This document shows, in pieces, positions 26,098-38,800 of a stretch of 64,000 bases of DNA. Below the pieces are notes generated by a model. That model was not told where the DNA came from and did no database searches. It saw only the letters and a list, made by a program, of their open reading frames with translations. Within the stretch, counting starts at the first letter, position 1. Every line of letters begins with the position of its first letter. Origin of the DNA: Felis catus. Lineage: Eukaryota. Location of the stretch: contig NC_058368.1 of NCBI RefSeq assembly GCF_018350175.1, positions 38,194,001-38,258,000 on the forward strand, in the 5' to 3' direction. The position numbers were made by a program, and so were the translations under genes.

Positions 26098-26190
26098 ACA
26101 GATAATGAAAATTTACTTTATACTCATATTATCTTTCCTTTTGTATCATAAAGTACACAGTAGAATATAAATGTACAGTGATGTTATTTA
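26098..26190 (+). mobile_element. MIR 3' remainder (putative)
   Basis: 'acagataatgaaa...ctttata...taaagtac...tataaatgtacagtgatgttatt' resembles the MIR 3' end 'gagataatg...aaagtgctttgt...taaagcgctatacaaatgtaag...attatt'. Confidence 0.4.
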
Positions 26191-27227
26191 TTTTTCGCTA
26201 TTGAAAGGAAATTAATAAAATTGAAAAACTCCAATAAATCTGAAGCAATCATAAACAGCATCCAGTTCAATTATATCTTTTTACATATCTTTGAGGCATA
26301 GAGAGAAGAAATTAACTGATAGGGTCTCACATTGTATACATAGTAAACCTGACATTAGAAAAATATCTACAGCTTTCTGGTCCTCTGATGGTTCTACTAA
26401 GCCAGAAAGACCCCAAGTAAATGCTTTTGTAGGAATCCTTATATTGCCTTTTCATAAATATGCTTTTGTGACAGTATGTTTTGTTCCTGTGTGACTACTC
26501 ACTGTTTACATAGAAATCATTGGTTAAATTATTAGTCTAAAACGTGTTATCAGACGCCTAATTTTCTAAAGTGGAACCAAAAGTTTCAATTTTTTTCTAA
26601 TATGTAACATCCAGCATTTGCCACAAAATGTTTCATGTATTTTTATGACTATGAAACATCATAGAAGCATAAAATGGATCAACTAGTGTTTAATTAACTG
26701 AAATTGCTAGGTGAAATGAATTTGTACTTTGCTATTTGTCAACACGAGTGAACTTAAGAAGTTCAACATGAATATTTTAAGATGTGTTTTATGAAACAAG
26801 ATAGTTAACTTGGAAAAACCAGCAGTTTCAGAACAGAATTGAGTTGATTCATTTTAAAACAGGATCTAACTTTTTTTTTGTTTCCGAAGTCAGCAGTAAT
26901 TCAGGATTAATTTGGTCCTGTGGGTAACTATTAATTCTATCATGGAAAAGAGAATATTTCAAAATCTTATAAAAAGTTGCCAAGCCTGCCTTTGCCATAC
27001 AAATGTACAAAGAATTTATTGCAAGATAAATATTAAAATATACTCAGAAAAGAGAAAAGCTTGCAAAAATTGAGTTAAACTACTACCACGTTTGCATAAA
27101 CATTTTATAACTATGAATTTCTATCTAGTATTTATAGCACTTTGTATTCTATGAAGGTCTTTCAGAAGAGCTACCTCATTTCAGCGTTGCAACAACCAGG
27201 GCATTTAGGCATGACGAGCAAATTATT

Positions 27228-27258
<31 letters not shown>

Positions 27259-27299
27259 TCGTTTTATTCGTTTTATACATGGAGTAATCCCCGCCTAAT

Positions 27300-27830
27300 A
27301 AACTACTTCTTAAACCTCATACAATTTGCTAATGTTGTATTAGATACTTTCCTACGGTGTTTTTAATGCTCAAAAAACCAGTGAGGCAGCTCTTATTATC
27401 CACATTTACTGGTGAGGAAACTAAGATTCAGAGAGCATAAAATTGTTATGTTCTACAGTATGATACTACTTCTAATGTAAATCAAGGTTGAGCTTTTAGC
27501 TGCTTCTATCCCCTCCTGCCCCTTAAAAAACAATTCAAGCATTATTGCCTGTATGAAGCCTCTTCTCAATTTTATTGCTTTTCTTTCTGCCTTTTCATGA
27601 TATAAATTAATGATAACAATGGCAGCACTGTATTTATATTTTAAGTTCGAATTATATCACAAGCTTTCTGATAAGCACTTCTCTTCTGTAATGGCAATTA
27701 GACCTAGTAATGTTACATTTTTATTGCGCTGATGTCATGTATGAGGAAATGGAGGCAATGATTGAATGAGCGGGTTGATTGCTAATTATATGTTCTCTCT
27801 GTTCGTATGGAATCTAGCGCTTGTCTCCAC
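27300..27830 (-). mobile_element. Two MIR fragments
   Basis: 'tattatccacatttactggtgaggaaactaagattcagagag' (about 27395-27435) and 'atgaggaaatggaggca' (about 27740). Confidence 0.7.
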
Positions 27831-27878
27831 ATGAGTTGGTAGTAGCTAAACATTCTTATAAACACTAAGAGATGAATA

Positions 27879-28297
27879 TGTATGTCAGGATCCCAGAGAA
27901 TCCCTCTTTCACTTCTGTGTAGAAACCTCACTGTTTGTAAGCTGAGCCAATATTTATGAATTTTGAATCAAAAAGGGAAAGAAGGATCCAGTATCTTTTG
28001 GGGGTGAAGTTGCACGATGTAATATGGCTGATCTGTCCTATCATATGTGTATACTCACACAGTGGAAGATGGTTTGAGAGAATAACAAGCAGCAAAAAGA
28101 AGCTGAATAGTCAAAAATGGTATAAATGTCAGTAATTAAGTTCTTGGACTGAGATGTTTTTGGATCTCAGCTGTCGCGTTGTCTTTCCTGCGGTTTAGTT
28201 ACATGAGCCCATAAAGTATTCTCACTCTCTTTTTTTTTTTTTATTTACACTGGCAAAAGAGTTGTGTCTACTTAAAAAAAAAAAAAAGCTAATACAG
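27879..28297 (+). mobile_element. ERVL/MaLR-type solo LTR (LTR33/LTR16-like)
   Basis: TG...CA ends; 3' motif 'gttacatgagcccataaa...tgtctactt...ctaataca'. Confidence 0.55.
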
Positions 28298-28530
28298 AAT
28301 GTTTCCCTTATCTTCCAAGAGGAGTGCATTTATATCTAACTAATGTTTTATAAACTAAAACTTTCTTTGTCTATTATAACTAATAATCCTTTATAATTTA
28401 TATTTGGTATAAATGTCCAAATTTTATAATCTCTTCCTGCTATGTAGTCTTCCATGATGCCATGTAACCCAATTCACTGATAGATAATAACTGCTCATGT
28501 CCCATACACTGTTTTTATAAAGTTGTATTT

Positions 28531-28743
28531 AAAAAAATTTTTAATGTTTATTTTTGAGAGACAGAGACAGAGAGAGAGAATGAATGGGGGAGTGTCAGAG
28601 AGAGGGAGACAAAGAATTTGAATCAGGCTTCAGGTCCTGAGCTGTCAGCACAGAGCCCCACGCAGGGCTCAAACCCACAGACTGCAAGATCATGACCTGA
28701 GCCGAAGTCAGATGCTTAACAGACTGAGCCACCCAGGTGCCCC
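28531..28743 (-). mobile_element. CanSINE
   Basis: TSD taaagttg(t/a)attt at 28518-28530 and 28744-28756. Confidence 0.95.
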
Positions 28744-28930
28744 TAAAGTTGAATTTTTCATAATGGAAACTAACAGCAAGGCATCGCCCTGGTGCACACT
28801 ATCAAGTAGCTCATTTATTATTTGCGTTAATTTGCAAGATGTTTTCTAATTTACTTATTTGCCCTTATTTATATGTCAAGCGTGCATAAATTTTACATCT
28901 TTAAAACCATAGGTAAGATGCATGTTAATT

Positions 28931-29151
28931 TTTTTTTTAATTTTTTTTCAACGTTTATTTATTTTTGGGACAGAGAGAGACAGAGCATGAACGGGGGAGG
29001 GGCAGAGAGAGAGGGAGACACAGAATCGGAAACAGGCTCCAGGCTCTGAGCCATCAGCCCAGAGCCCGACGCGGGGCTCGAACTCACGGACCGCGAGATC
29101 ATGACCTGGCTGAAGCCGGACGCTTAACCGACTGCGCCACCCAGGCGGCCC
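28931..29151 (-). mobile_element. Young feline CanSINE (SINEC_Fc), CpG-rich
   Basis: Near-identical to 59355-59561; perfect TSD aagatgcatgttaattt starting at 28915 and 29152. Confidence 0.98.
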
Positions 29152-29659
29152 AAGATGCATGTTAATTTTATAATACATGTGGAAAATTGGTGGCAAGAAA
29201 CAATATGCTCATTTTTGCAGTAGACAAACTGAAAGTTTAGGCAATGAATGCTGACTCTGTTAACATTTAGGGCTGAAACACTATATTCTTTATTTGTTAA
29301 TTCATAATTTGCTTACAAAGGAGACTAGGTATATTATAGGATATTTGGATTTTGAGGATGATGATATAGATAATTTTTAAGACTTTCCAATAAAATTACA
29401 ATCCGTAGCCCTTTTAGAGATCGTCCTGTATGGATGAAGCGGTCTGACCAATTTGGTCAATTTTTAGTTTCTATATGATTTTGTAAATCTTTATATTTGG
29501 TTTTACAAATGGGAAATTTTTATTAAGATTAATAATTTCATTTTCTTTATACATGCACATATTGTATTTGCTGCATTTTATTACAGAGTTTAAATATTAT
29601 CATCTTACCAATAAATTAGAAGAGTGATGAATTAACTGGATTTTTCTCTACCATTGTAC

Positions 29660-29990
29660 AAGAATTTACTGAATAGATTTTTTGCTGCATCTGAGGGAAA
29701 ATGGTTGAATGTGACTCATTCCCTACCCTTAAATAGTACAAGTTAAAGATGCTAGGAAAATGATAACACTGCAATGTAGAGTGATGAATACTGTGACAGA
29801 GGAGAGCACTAGGAGAGATGAAAATACAAAGAAGTAAAACAAAAGGACACCAATTTAAATCTGATGTAATAAGAATTGGCTTCACAGGGAAGGTGACACT
29901 TAAGTTGTCCTGAAGGTCAGGCAAGATTTCTGGGCAGATGAATAGTTTGGCTAGAAGGATATACATGTCACCAAGAGTATAAAGAAGAAA
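29660..29990 (-). mobile_element. L2 fragment
   Basis: 'atttactgaat...tccctacccttaa...ggcttcacagggaaggtgacacttaag'. Confidence 0.6.
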
Positions 29991-30415
29991 GAATAAGTGG
30001 GATGCTATTTATTTGTAAGTGACTGGGAGTGAAGACAATTTAGTTCACACTTGATATATAAAATCTTGAACAAATATGAGAAAACAACTAGAAAGCTGTA
30101 CATGACAACATAAAATCATAAATAGATGATAATGTAGTCAAAATGACATAAGTGCAAAAGTAGAATTTGTTTGTTCCAAGGAACTAAAACAAGAGTAAGA
30201 AATTGCACTGGCGTGCATCTACGAAAACACCAGTCCTGAGGCCCTGCCTTGCAACCTGACCCATCTACACACCCAGCCCTGACTTCTAGCAACAGAAGAA
30301 AGCAATATTTTCAGAGGAGAGCTAGTTACAGTTAAGTCTTGTTTATTTTATTAAAAACATGTACATATGTTTATTATGACAAAGGGAGTAGTAGTTAGAT
30401 TGAGATACTTAAGTC

Positions 30416-30633
30416 GGGGGCCTCTGAGTGACTCGATAGGTTAAGTGGCCAACTTTTGATTTCAGTTCAGGTTATGATCTCACCACTCATGAGATCAAGC
30501 CCCTTGTGGGACTCCAAGCTGACAGTGTGGAGCCTGCTTGGGATCCTCTTTCTCCCTTGCTCTCTGCCCCTCCCCCCACCTGCATGCACATGTGCTCTCT
30601 CTCTGAAAATAAATAAATAAAAAACATTTTTTT
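30416..30633 (+). mobile_element. CanSINE (older)
   Basis: Head, CT tract, AATAAA tail; left TSD ends tacttaagtc and the right copy (tacctaagtc) lies after the adjacent young SINE. Confidence 0.94.
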
Positions 30634-30649
30634 AAAAAAGAAGTACCTA

Positions 30650-30871
30650 GGGGTGCCTGGGTGGCGCAGTCGGTTGAGTGTCCGACTTCATCCAGGTCAC
30701 GATCTCGCGGTCCATGAGTTCGAGCCCCGCGTCAGGCTCTGGGCTGATGGCTCAGAGCCTGGAGCCTGTTTCCGATTCTGTGTCTCCCTGTCTCTCTGCC
30801 CCTCCCCAGTTCATGCTCTGTCTCTCTCTGTCCCAAAAATAAATAAACGTTGAAAAAAAAATTAAAAAAAA
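30650..30871 (+). mobile_element. Young feline CanSINE (SINEC_Fc)
   Basis: GGGGTGCCTGGGTGGCGCAGTCGG head; TSD aaaaaagaagtaccta at 30634-30649 and 30872-30887. Confidence 0.98.
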
Positions 30872-32524
30872 AAAAAAGAAGTACCTAAGTCAAAAGGGGC
30901 CTTTGGTGGATCGGAATTAGCAAAACTAGCAAAGGTTTAAGAGAGGAGGTACTGTCTATTTGCTCAGTTTCTGAAGTAATCAAGTTCTGTCTTTTGAATT
31001 GCAGTCTAAAATGAAATTAGACTTCAAGTCTAACTTATGGTCAGTCAGATATCAAACTACTTTTTTAACAAAGATCTTCAAGTTTCCTTGTAGCTTTTTT
31101 TTCTGAAAATATCAGCAGTTGTTTGTTTATATTTATCGCTAGCTCTCTCTCTACTTGCTGAGAAATAGCCACGGAAGGTCTTTATTTTTTTAAATAAAGC
31201 TTAAATATAATCAAAGGCACATTACTTCCCCCACCCGCACAGTATTCAGTGATTGGTTCTCCAGATATAAATAAGCAATAATTTATCACTCTTAATCTAG
31301 GAGGAAAACTTTGTTTACTCTCTAATTGAATGTGTATAAATTTTTTTGTCTAAAAAAGACTCAGATACAACCTCTGCAACTATCAAATACAATATGCACA
31401 GCCAATCACAGGTTTTTAGTAAATTTGATGAAAACATGAATGCCAGATATTCCTAATTGAATTCAGTCTTGAGTTAACATTAATTCTAGTCTGTAAAGAG
31501 GTCTGCAAAAGATAATGAAGATGTGTGTCTTTTTTTTTTTTTTTTGCAGTTTACACATATTTTGAAAGACAGTTTCAGAGCAATTGGAAGTCTTTGCAGC
31601 TAACAGCACTCTTTTTCTTGACAATACCTACCTTGACACTTCTATTACAAGTGAGTGAATGAGTTACTTCTGCTAATATTCAGAAAATGTCTCAGCAGGA
31701 TGAAAAATAATCATATTTAAGAACTTGTATGGAGGTGTTTTACATACCAGGTGGCTGCAGTGATCCCTGGTCTGTTCAGAAGAAAATGTTCACGACTTAA
31801 ATATGTAGGCAGTGTTCTCACCCATCCCTGATCTCTGCACAAAAGTATTGATTTCATTAAGGATGCAATATAGCCCAGAGTCTTTAAGCAAACACATTTT
31901 CCCCCCAAAAAAATCAAATAGAGGAATAGGCAAAGAATTCTCTTTCATCTATAAATTATAAAGCCAAGTTCGAAAAATTCACACTACTTGAAAAGGAGTA
32001 TTTGATTTCTTCTGTAATGAAATGTAAAAAAATAAATCTCAATACGGACTCCCTTGAATGATGAAACTTTAATATTCTTAATAATACAAACCCAGGATTC
32101 TATGTGCAACCACTTTTAATTGGAAACTAACAGTAAGATCTACAAACTGTATAAGCAGTCAGTAGCAAATTTTACTTCAGAATAAATATTAATTGACTGG
32201 ACATTTTTTTCAGGAAAAAATAACGTTAAAATCTATAAGCACACGCACACACCCCCCACTTTCCTTAAGTTACCATCATTTTCATCATTTTACCTAAGAC
32301 CTATTCTCTCTTCTCGTTTACAACGTAACAGTAATGGCTCGGAAAATGTGGAGACAAAAAAGAACAAATCCTTGACATTTTTCTCCTATTATTCTGTTAA
32401 AATGAGAAATCAGAACTCTGTAGTCAGTACTTATCTTTAAGTGGTATTAAATGGCAGTAGTGACAAAAAAGGACAAGTGTAATAAATCTCTGACAATAGC
32501 TCCTTGGAGGACTGTATCAATTTC

Positions 32525-32748
32525 TTACTGTATTATTTTTAATGTTTGTTTATTTATTTTTGAGAGACAGTGAGAGAGGAGCATGAGCAGGGGAGGGACA
32601 GAGAGAGAGGGAGACAAGGAATCCGAAGCAGGCTCCAGACTCTGAGCTGTCAGTACAGAGCTGGATGCGGGGCTTGAACATGTGGACCATGAGATCATGA
32701 CCTGAGCCGAAGTCAGACGCTCAACCGACTGAGCCATCCAGACGCCCC
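32525..32748 (-). mobile_element. CanSINE
   Basis: Full body; short TSD tcaattt. Confidence 0.95.
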
Positions 32749-32849
32749 TCAATTTGTCACTTTAAAGCCATTCAAAATCTTCATTCCTCCTTTTTTTGTT
32801 TTTAATTTTTACTCTTATGGCTGGAAAGCTAATATATTTTCCTTCTCCC

Positions 32850-33260
32850 ATTCCCTGCTAATAATGGTGATTGTGTAAAAGAGGTCTGGCCAGTGAAGAA
32901 AAGGTGAAAATGCTCGGGTAGGACATCCTTTTAAAAAATAAAAATAAATAATAAAAGATAACATTCTTATTGGAGAGAATGCCTTTCCCTTCCTTTTCGC
33001 CTTTACTTTTTCCTGCCTGGAACTCAGATCCAAAACTGGAATAACAACAGCCATGTTCTGTCTATGAGTTGAATGCCCCAAGTTCACAAAGAAAAAGAAA
33101 AGTGTTGCTTCTGTGCTAACTCCCCTTCAATCTTGGGCATCGTATCTCCAAGTCTCCTGTTGCTTTAGTGCCTAAACCTTATCTGAGATTTAGATAAATA
33201 AATTCATAACTTGTTTGTGCTGTTGTAGTTTTCTATTAATTGTAGAAATACAGCTAAAAT
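32850..33260 (+). mobile_element. Old ERVL/MaLR LTR fragment
   Basis: 'ttcctgcctggaac...ctggaataacaacagccatgtt' and an 'aataaattc...ttgttt' 3' motif. Confidence 0.5.
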
Positions 33261-35234
33261 TAGACATCAACAGGAATAAAATGATATAATCAGTCCATCC
33301 TCTATAGGCAGGAAGATCTTTTCCAAAACTACGATTCATTTCTTTGATTACACATTATGTTCAGAAAAATCAAGGGACATGTTTTTGTGCATATTTTCTT
33401 CAATTATAATTTGATATAACTCCAATAATACAATTCTCTTCCAAGTTTGCCTTGTGATATGTGAACCAAGTAGACATGTCAATTTTCTGGGTGGAATTGT
33501 TCCACTATTTTTGTTGTGCTTGTATCTTCTTTCAACCACTCACAATTTTTTCAAATCACCCTCCAAAACATGGGAGGGGGGCCATACAAAAAATAAAACA
33601 CCATGAAAATATAGTTATTTGTATATTGCTATCATGATTATTCATATTTTGAGGGAAAAGCAAGTAGGAAGATAATTCAAGTAATACTTAGGAATGGGAT
33701 CTAGTCTTATAGGAAGGATTATAGGTGACTTATTTAGGCTTCCTACTTGCTACATGTACTTCATATACCTGCTTGTTTAGTGGACATTATTTATTATTTA
33801 TATGATAGTCATGTAATAATAGGGCCAAATCATTTTACTATCTTATTTCCAAGTTAGTTGTGAATATATATGTTCATTTGGATTATTGATGTACTGTTAA
33901 TCTGTGTGAATTTATGGCTACTTTAAACCATACTTGTACTTCGTAGTTTAAATGCATTTTAAAAAATTTAAACCATGCATTTATTCAAGTTTCATTTCTT
34001 TATTAAATAGCATTTCACTTGATCTATTCCTGACATTCCATGATAATTCCATGTAAATTATACCATTAGAAAAGCATACATTATTTGATTTTTAAATATT
34101 TACTTTCTTGAATAAAATACCAACCTTGTTTCTACTAGAAATTCTGTAACAAGAAATGTATGACAAAAAATACCAGCATTAGTATAGTCTATTTCTCTTT
34201 TTAGTTCCTGAATATCATTAAGGAAGAAAATTAGTCTGGTAAGTTTTTCCACAATTTTTGAATTTATATGAATTTAGATTCTCTGCAATGACTAGATAGC
34301 AATATTAATTCAACCACGGATGCTCAGTGTATGCAGGCTAAAGGACAATCCAGCTATAAAAAGTCCTATTTCAGTAATGCTAACGATTTCTGGCTTCTCA
34401 TTTCTTGTAATTTAAGAAGTAGCCTGCAGACTTTCTTATTATGCCTGTCACATCCACCATTATATCCCCATACCTATGAAATGTCTGTAGCAATGCCTTT
34501 AAGACCCCAATTGCATCTGGGAAGTGATGATGCACACCTAGTCATTCAGAATTCAGGGGTACAACAAGTCAACTCTTGTTCCTTCCTTTCTGTAAAACAG
34601 TTTGAAATGACTAATAGATAACAAATTTATAAGATATATTTACAATTTCTTTGTGCTAAGAAAAAATATGTATAATAATATGCCTTATATCCCTGGTACC
34701 ATAAAAGAAAGATCAAGACATTAGAATTAAAACCCTCCCAACTTCAAATTCATGTATTCCAGTTTGGCAATTCAACATCAATTTTACTATACAAAGTACA
34801 TGCATAAGCAGTTTTTATGTAACCCAATCTATTGCCGTTTTATTTTACAACTTTAAATAAATACCCATATAAAGTTCTTTAAATGTAAAGATTGCTTAAT
34901 TTTTAAAAGTAACTCCATTTTAGGATGGCTTGGAAGTTGTTTTTTTCCCCATCAAGTTAGAGAAGAGATGAACTGGTTATTTTCCTAAGGCTTCCTAAGG
35001 TTATTTTTATAATTCATGTGACTATTGCTGCCAAGATATGCTAAAAAAACAATTATGCGGTAACCAGATTCTTACAATTTCAGTACTGAAGAAAAGTAAC
35101 AAAAAAAAACCTTCAAAAATAAATCAAAATAAAAATAAAATCAAAGCAGAAATAATTCTCCATGTAAAATATAGTCTACTCCATTCAATTTGAAAATATG
35201 TATTATAATTATTGAAATATACATGAAGAAAGTT

Positions 35235-35476
35235 GCTGGCAGTGGTTAAGTTCTAGTAGTGGTCAAAGTTTGTTATCAACAGCTAATGTTAAAATCTGAG
35301 CTACACCACTTACACGTTGTAAAGTCTTGAGATATTTAGACAGCATCCTGTTGCACCAAAGTTCCCATTGAAAAAATAAGAATTATAACAGTTGTTGCAA
35401 GGAGTTGATGAAAAGAATTTATGTATGGTTATTCTCCTGAGTAAGCACTGTATAAATATTAGCTGTTAATATTATT
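35235..35476 (+). mobile_element. MIR
   Basis: 'gcagtggttaag...aatctgagctacaccactta...agtaagcactgtataaatattagctgtt'. Confidence 0.7.
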
Positions 35477-35654
35477 TGCTCTTTCCTTGAATTAACTTCC
35501 ATTCAAAAAAATTTTTTTTTCAACTGAGAAGAGTTAATATGATTAAGGCTGTTTTCCAACTACATGTGCTCTGGAACTCATCCTTATCAAATATTCCGCA
35601 AAATCAGGCTTCTGACTGAAGAAAGCCCTACTCCTTCAGTGGATATTCACAGAT

Positions 35655-35895
35655 AAGGTTGCCAGAAAAAAATAAAGTTGCCCAGTTAAATTTGCACATT
35701 CTTGATTAGGGTCTCTAGGTAGAATATGTCCAACTGAATTTGAATTTCAAATAAATAACAAATAATTTTTTAGCATAAGAATGTCCCAAATATTGTGTAG
35801 GATATGCTACTATAGGACACATAATTATTCATTGTTTATCTGAAATCCAAATTTAACTGAATATTCTGTATTTTATTTGCTAAATCAGGCACCCT
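35655..35895 (+). mobile_element. MER53-like palindromic hAT MITE with an internal ~48-bp insertion
   Basis: Ends aggttgccaga / aatcaggcaccct; self-complementary arms cagttaaatttg(aatttca) / tgaaatccaaatttaactg. Confidence 0.85.
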
Positions 35896-38800
35896 TATTT
35901 ACATTAAATTAGCATTTAATAAAACATTATAAACAAACATGTTTAACTTGATTGAACCCAATTATTCATAAAATTTATCTGACCACAGAACAGTTGTTAA
36001 AGGTCATATCTATTTGTACACTGATGGACAAAAATCTGGAATAGTTCTTTTAGTCTCATAACTTAATTTTGTAAGTAAGAACAATGAAAGAAGCTAATGT
36101 GCTGAATTTTTCCTGACAGCAGAAATCAGGTGTCAGTCCCCTAATCAGGTTGATCACGCTCTCTGTTTCTTCCAGAAAAATTAAGTCCTGTTCTTTCATT
36201 TTTGTTTTTAGTGCTCTAAGAGTTTAAAATCACTTCTGCTTTGTAAAATTCACTGAATTGTACATATATGCATTTAGATGTCAGTGACTTTTTGCACATA
36301 TTATCTTATTGACTTTATTCATATTATCCACTTTAAATTATCAACTTTTACTTTTTACTAGAAATGTATTGGCTGAATAAACTATAGAATAGTAAACTTC
36401 CAATTTATTGCATCAGATAGATTGAATATACATTATAAATACATATATACATAAGACATCTAAAAACCCATTTAAATTCATTACGGAATCATGGAAAAAG
36501 TTACATTAGAAATTCCAACATCATAGAATAATTTCTATCCACACATCCTAATTTGCTAGCGCAGTCAAGAAACAAGAAGCCACCAGATACATAAATAAAT
36601 CTCTTTTTATTTTAATAGAAGTTTTGGAAAGCAAACATGAGTATGGGGGATGTGATTGAAAGAATGAAAAAGATATAATTTATGAAAAACTTGTATTTTG
36701 TATTTCTGTATTTTAGCAAAACATCATAGAATATTTTGGTCAAGTCATTTATAGATTGATGTAATTTCCATTTTATTTTCTGAATTAACAGCCATGCTAG
36801 TTCATAATATAAAATAATATATTTTATTGTTCTAAAGCTAAAATATTGGTCACACAATGGTTTCAGTCTTCCTTCGTCACAGTGTATGTCTGTCTTCTAG
36901 AGACACTGCTTTAAAATTTTTAAGCCAATCTATTTCTTATAATAATTTTGGTGGAATTTAATGGCCTGTCCATGCAAGGTTGTATAATCCTAAAAAACGA
37001 TTTAAAGTCAGGAGTATTTGAGAAAGCAGATTTTTTTTATATTTTCTTTCAACGCGTGGGTGTTCATGTAACTTAAGAAAACCATTCCTGGGCAGTTCAT
37101 GTAGTGTGATACATTTTTAAAGTTCATGTTTTCCCTAGAAAATGTTTGAAGCCCTATAGTGAAGATTAAATTCTTGATCCCTCTTGCATGTGATAAACCC
37201 CAGCTTGTCTAGTAGTTTAAAGCCAAAGGCATCCTTAAAATAACAGGTGCATGACTCTTGAAATTAGCAGGTTTTAGTATTTCTGTTTAATATAATTGTT
37301 TAGAATGCCTAGAGTTATTTCATCATGGTAACCTGTTTATGTATTTTCCTTTTAAATATTTACTCTTGTACGAGCCTCAGGGCTGTGTATACTTATTCTC
37401 TGCAGAAATAATCAATAGAGTGTATTTACTGTATTTTCCTAAAACATGTAAATGTATAGGTAAGATGAAGACTATCATGTTAGAGGAAATATTTGTATGT
37501 AAATGTTTAGATGAGAATATGTCTATAGTAGCAACATTTGAACATTTAAATATATGTTATTAATTTTATATTCTCTCTTTATGTTAGTTTTTTACTCTCT
37601 TGATTTAAAAAATCAGTTTCTTATTTTCTAAAAATCTTTGTTTCCTGTTTTCTGAGAAATTTATTTCTGGCCATTAGCCAATCTTTGTGTTTGAAAAATT
37701 ATTTGCAGTAACTGGAATTTCCATGGCTAAATTATGTTAACTAAATTCTGAAGACTACCAAAACTGGCAGAAACAATAATGAATCTGTTACGAATGAAAA
37801 ACAGAATAAATTAACAATGAAATCTTAATTGAATAAAATTACTCTTTGAACTCATTCATTAAATGTATTTCTTATATAGCATTGTCTAAACGTAAAGATA
37901 GTCTATTGCCTACTTTTATATCATATTAGCTATTACTTGTGATTGCTCCAGCAAGTCCAGTGTTAACTGCTTTTTCATGACAAACTAATTATTCATCATA
38001 TTATGGGATTCAATTATTTAGAGAAAAAAATATTGAATGTTTTAAAAGTGATATACTGCAGAACATTTAATTACTATAATATTGTATCCGATATGATTTG
38101 GTCATGATAAAAGGCTTTAAAAATCAACATTGACATAATAAGATTGTTAAATAACTTTTATGTAAAACTGCACCATTTAGAGCAATAAGTAGGATATGTT
38201 ACTTATAGTGTGATGTATTACTTCCCCCAAATCCAAAAAAAATCTATCACAATTTCTGATAAGTTGATTATCTTCATAAAAATTACATCAACTGGAAACG
38301 AATTCAACAATCATACAACTAAATAAGCCATGATTGATAATTCCAACAATACTCTGATTTGAAGAAAACTCCAAATTGTCAATTTAGTTTTGTTGATTCT
38401 AATAGAAATGAAAGTTAAATTATATGTTGACAACAATGATTTACATTTGTGGATGAAATTTTGATACCAAAGCCCCATGTTTGTGATAAAACAAACTTGT
38501 GTCTGTTCATTTCTTCTTACCCAAGTTTCCACATTATCATATATTTCATAACTATATTATACCTAGATGAAAAAATAAGCATATTACATTTTATGCATTT
38601 TATTCTATCACTTACTATAACAGAAAGTATTTCTTCCAGAAGTCATTATATCTGAAGAGATTTAAAACAGATAAAATCCATTGTGCAACCAACTGAAAGT
38701 TTAAAGCGATGAGGAACATTTTTTAGATTTTATGTCATGCTTTAAACTATACTTAGGATTATGTATTTCTGTTGTGCAGAAGGGTTCCAATATTCAAATC

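Noticed and set aside
28948..29196. Recurrent similar ORFs (PGWRSRLSVRLQPGHD..., MAQSVK..., GQRETEHERGRG...) as a gene family
   Set aside because: All are translations of CanSINE copies.
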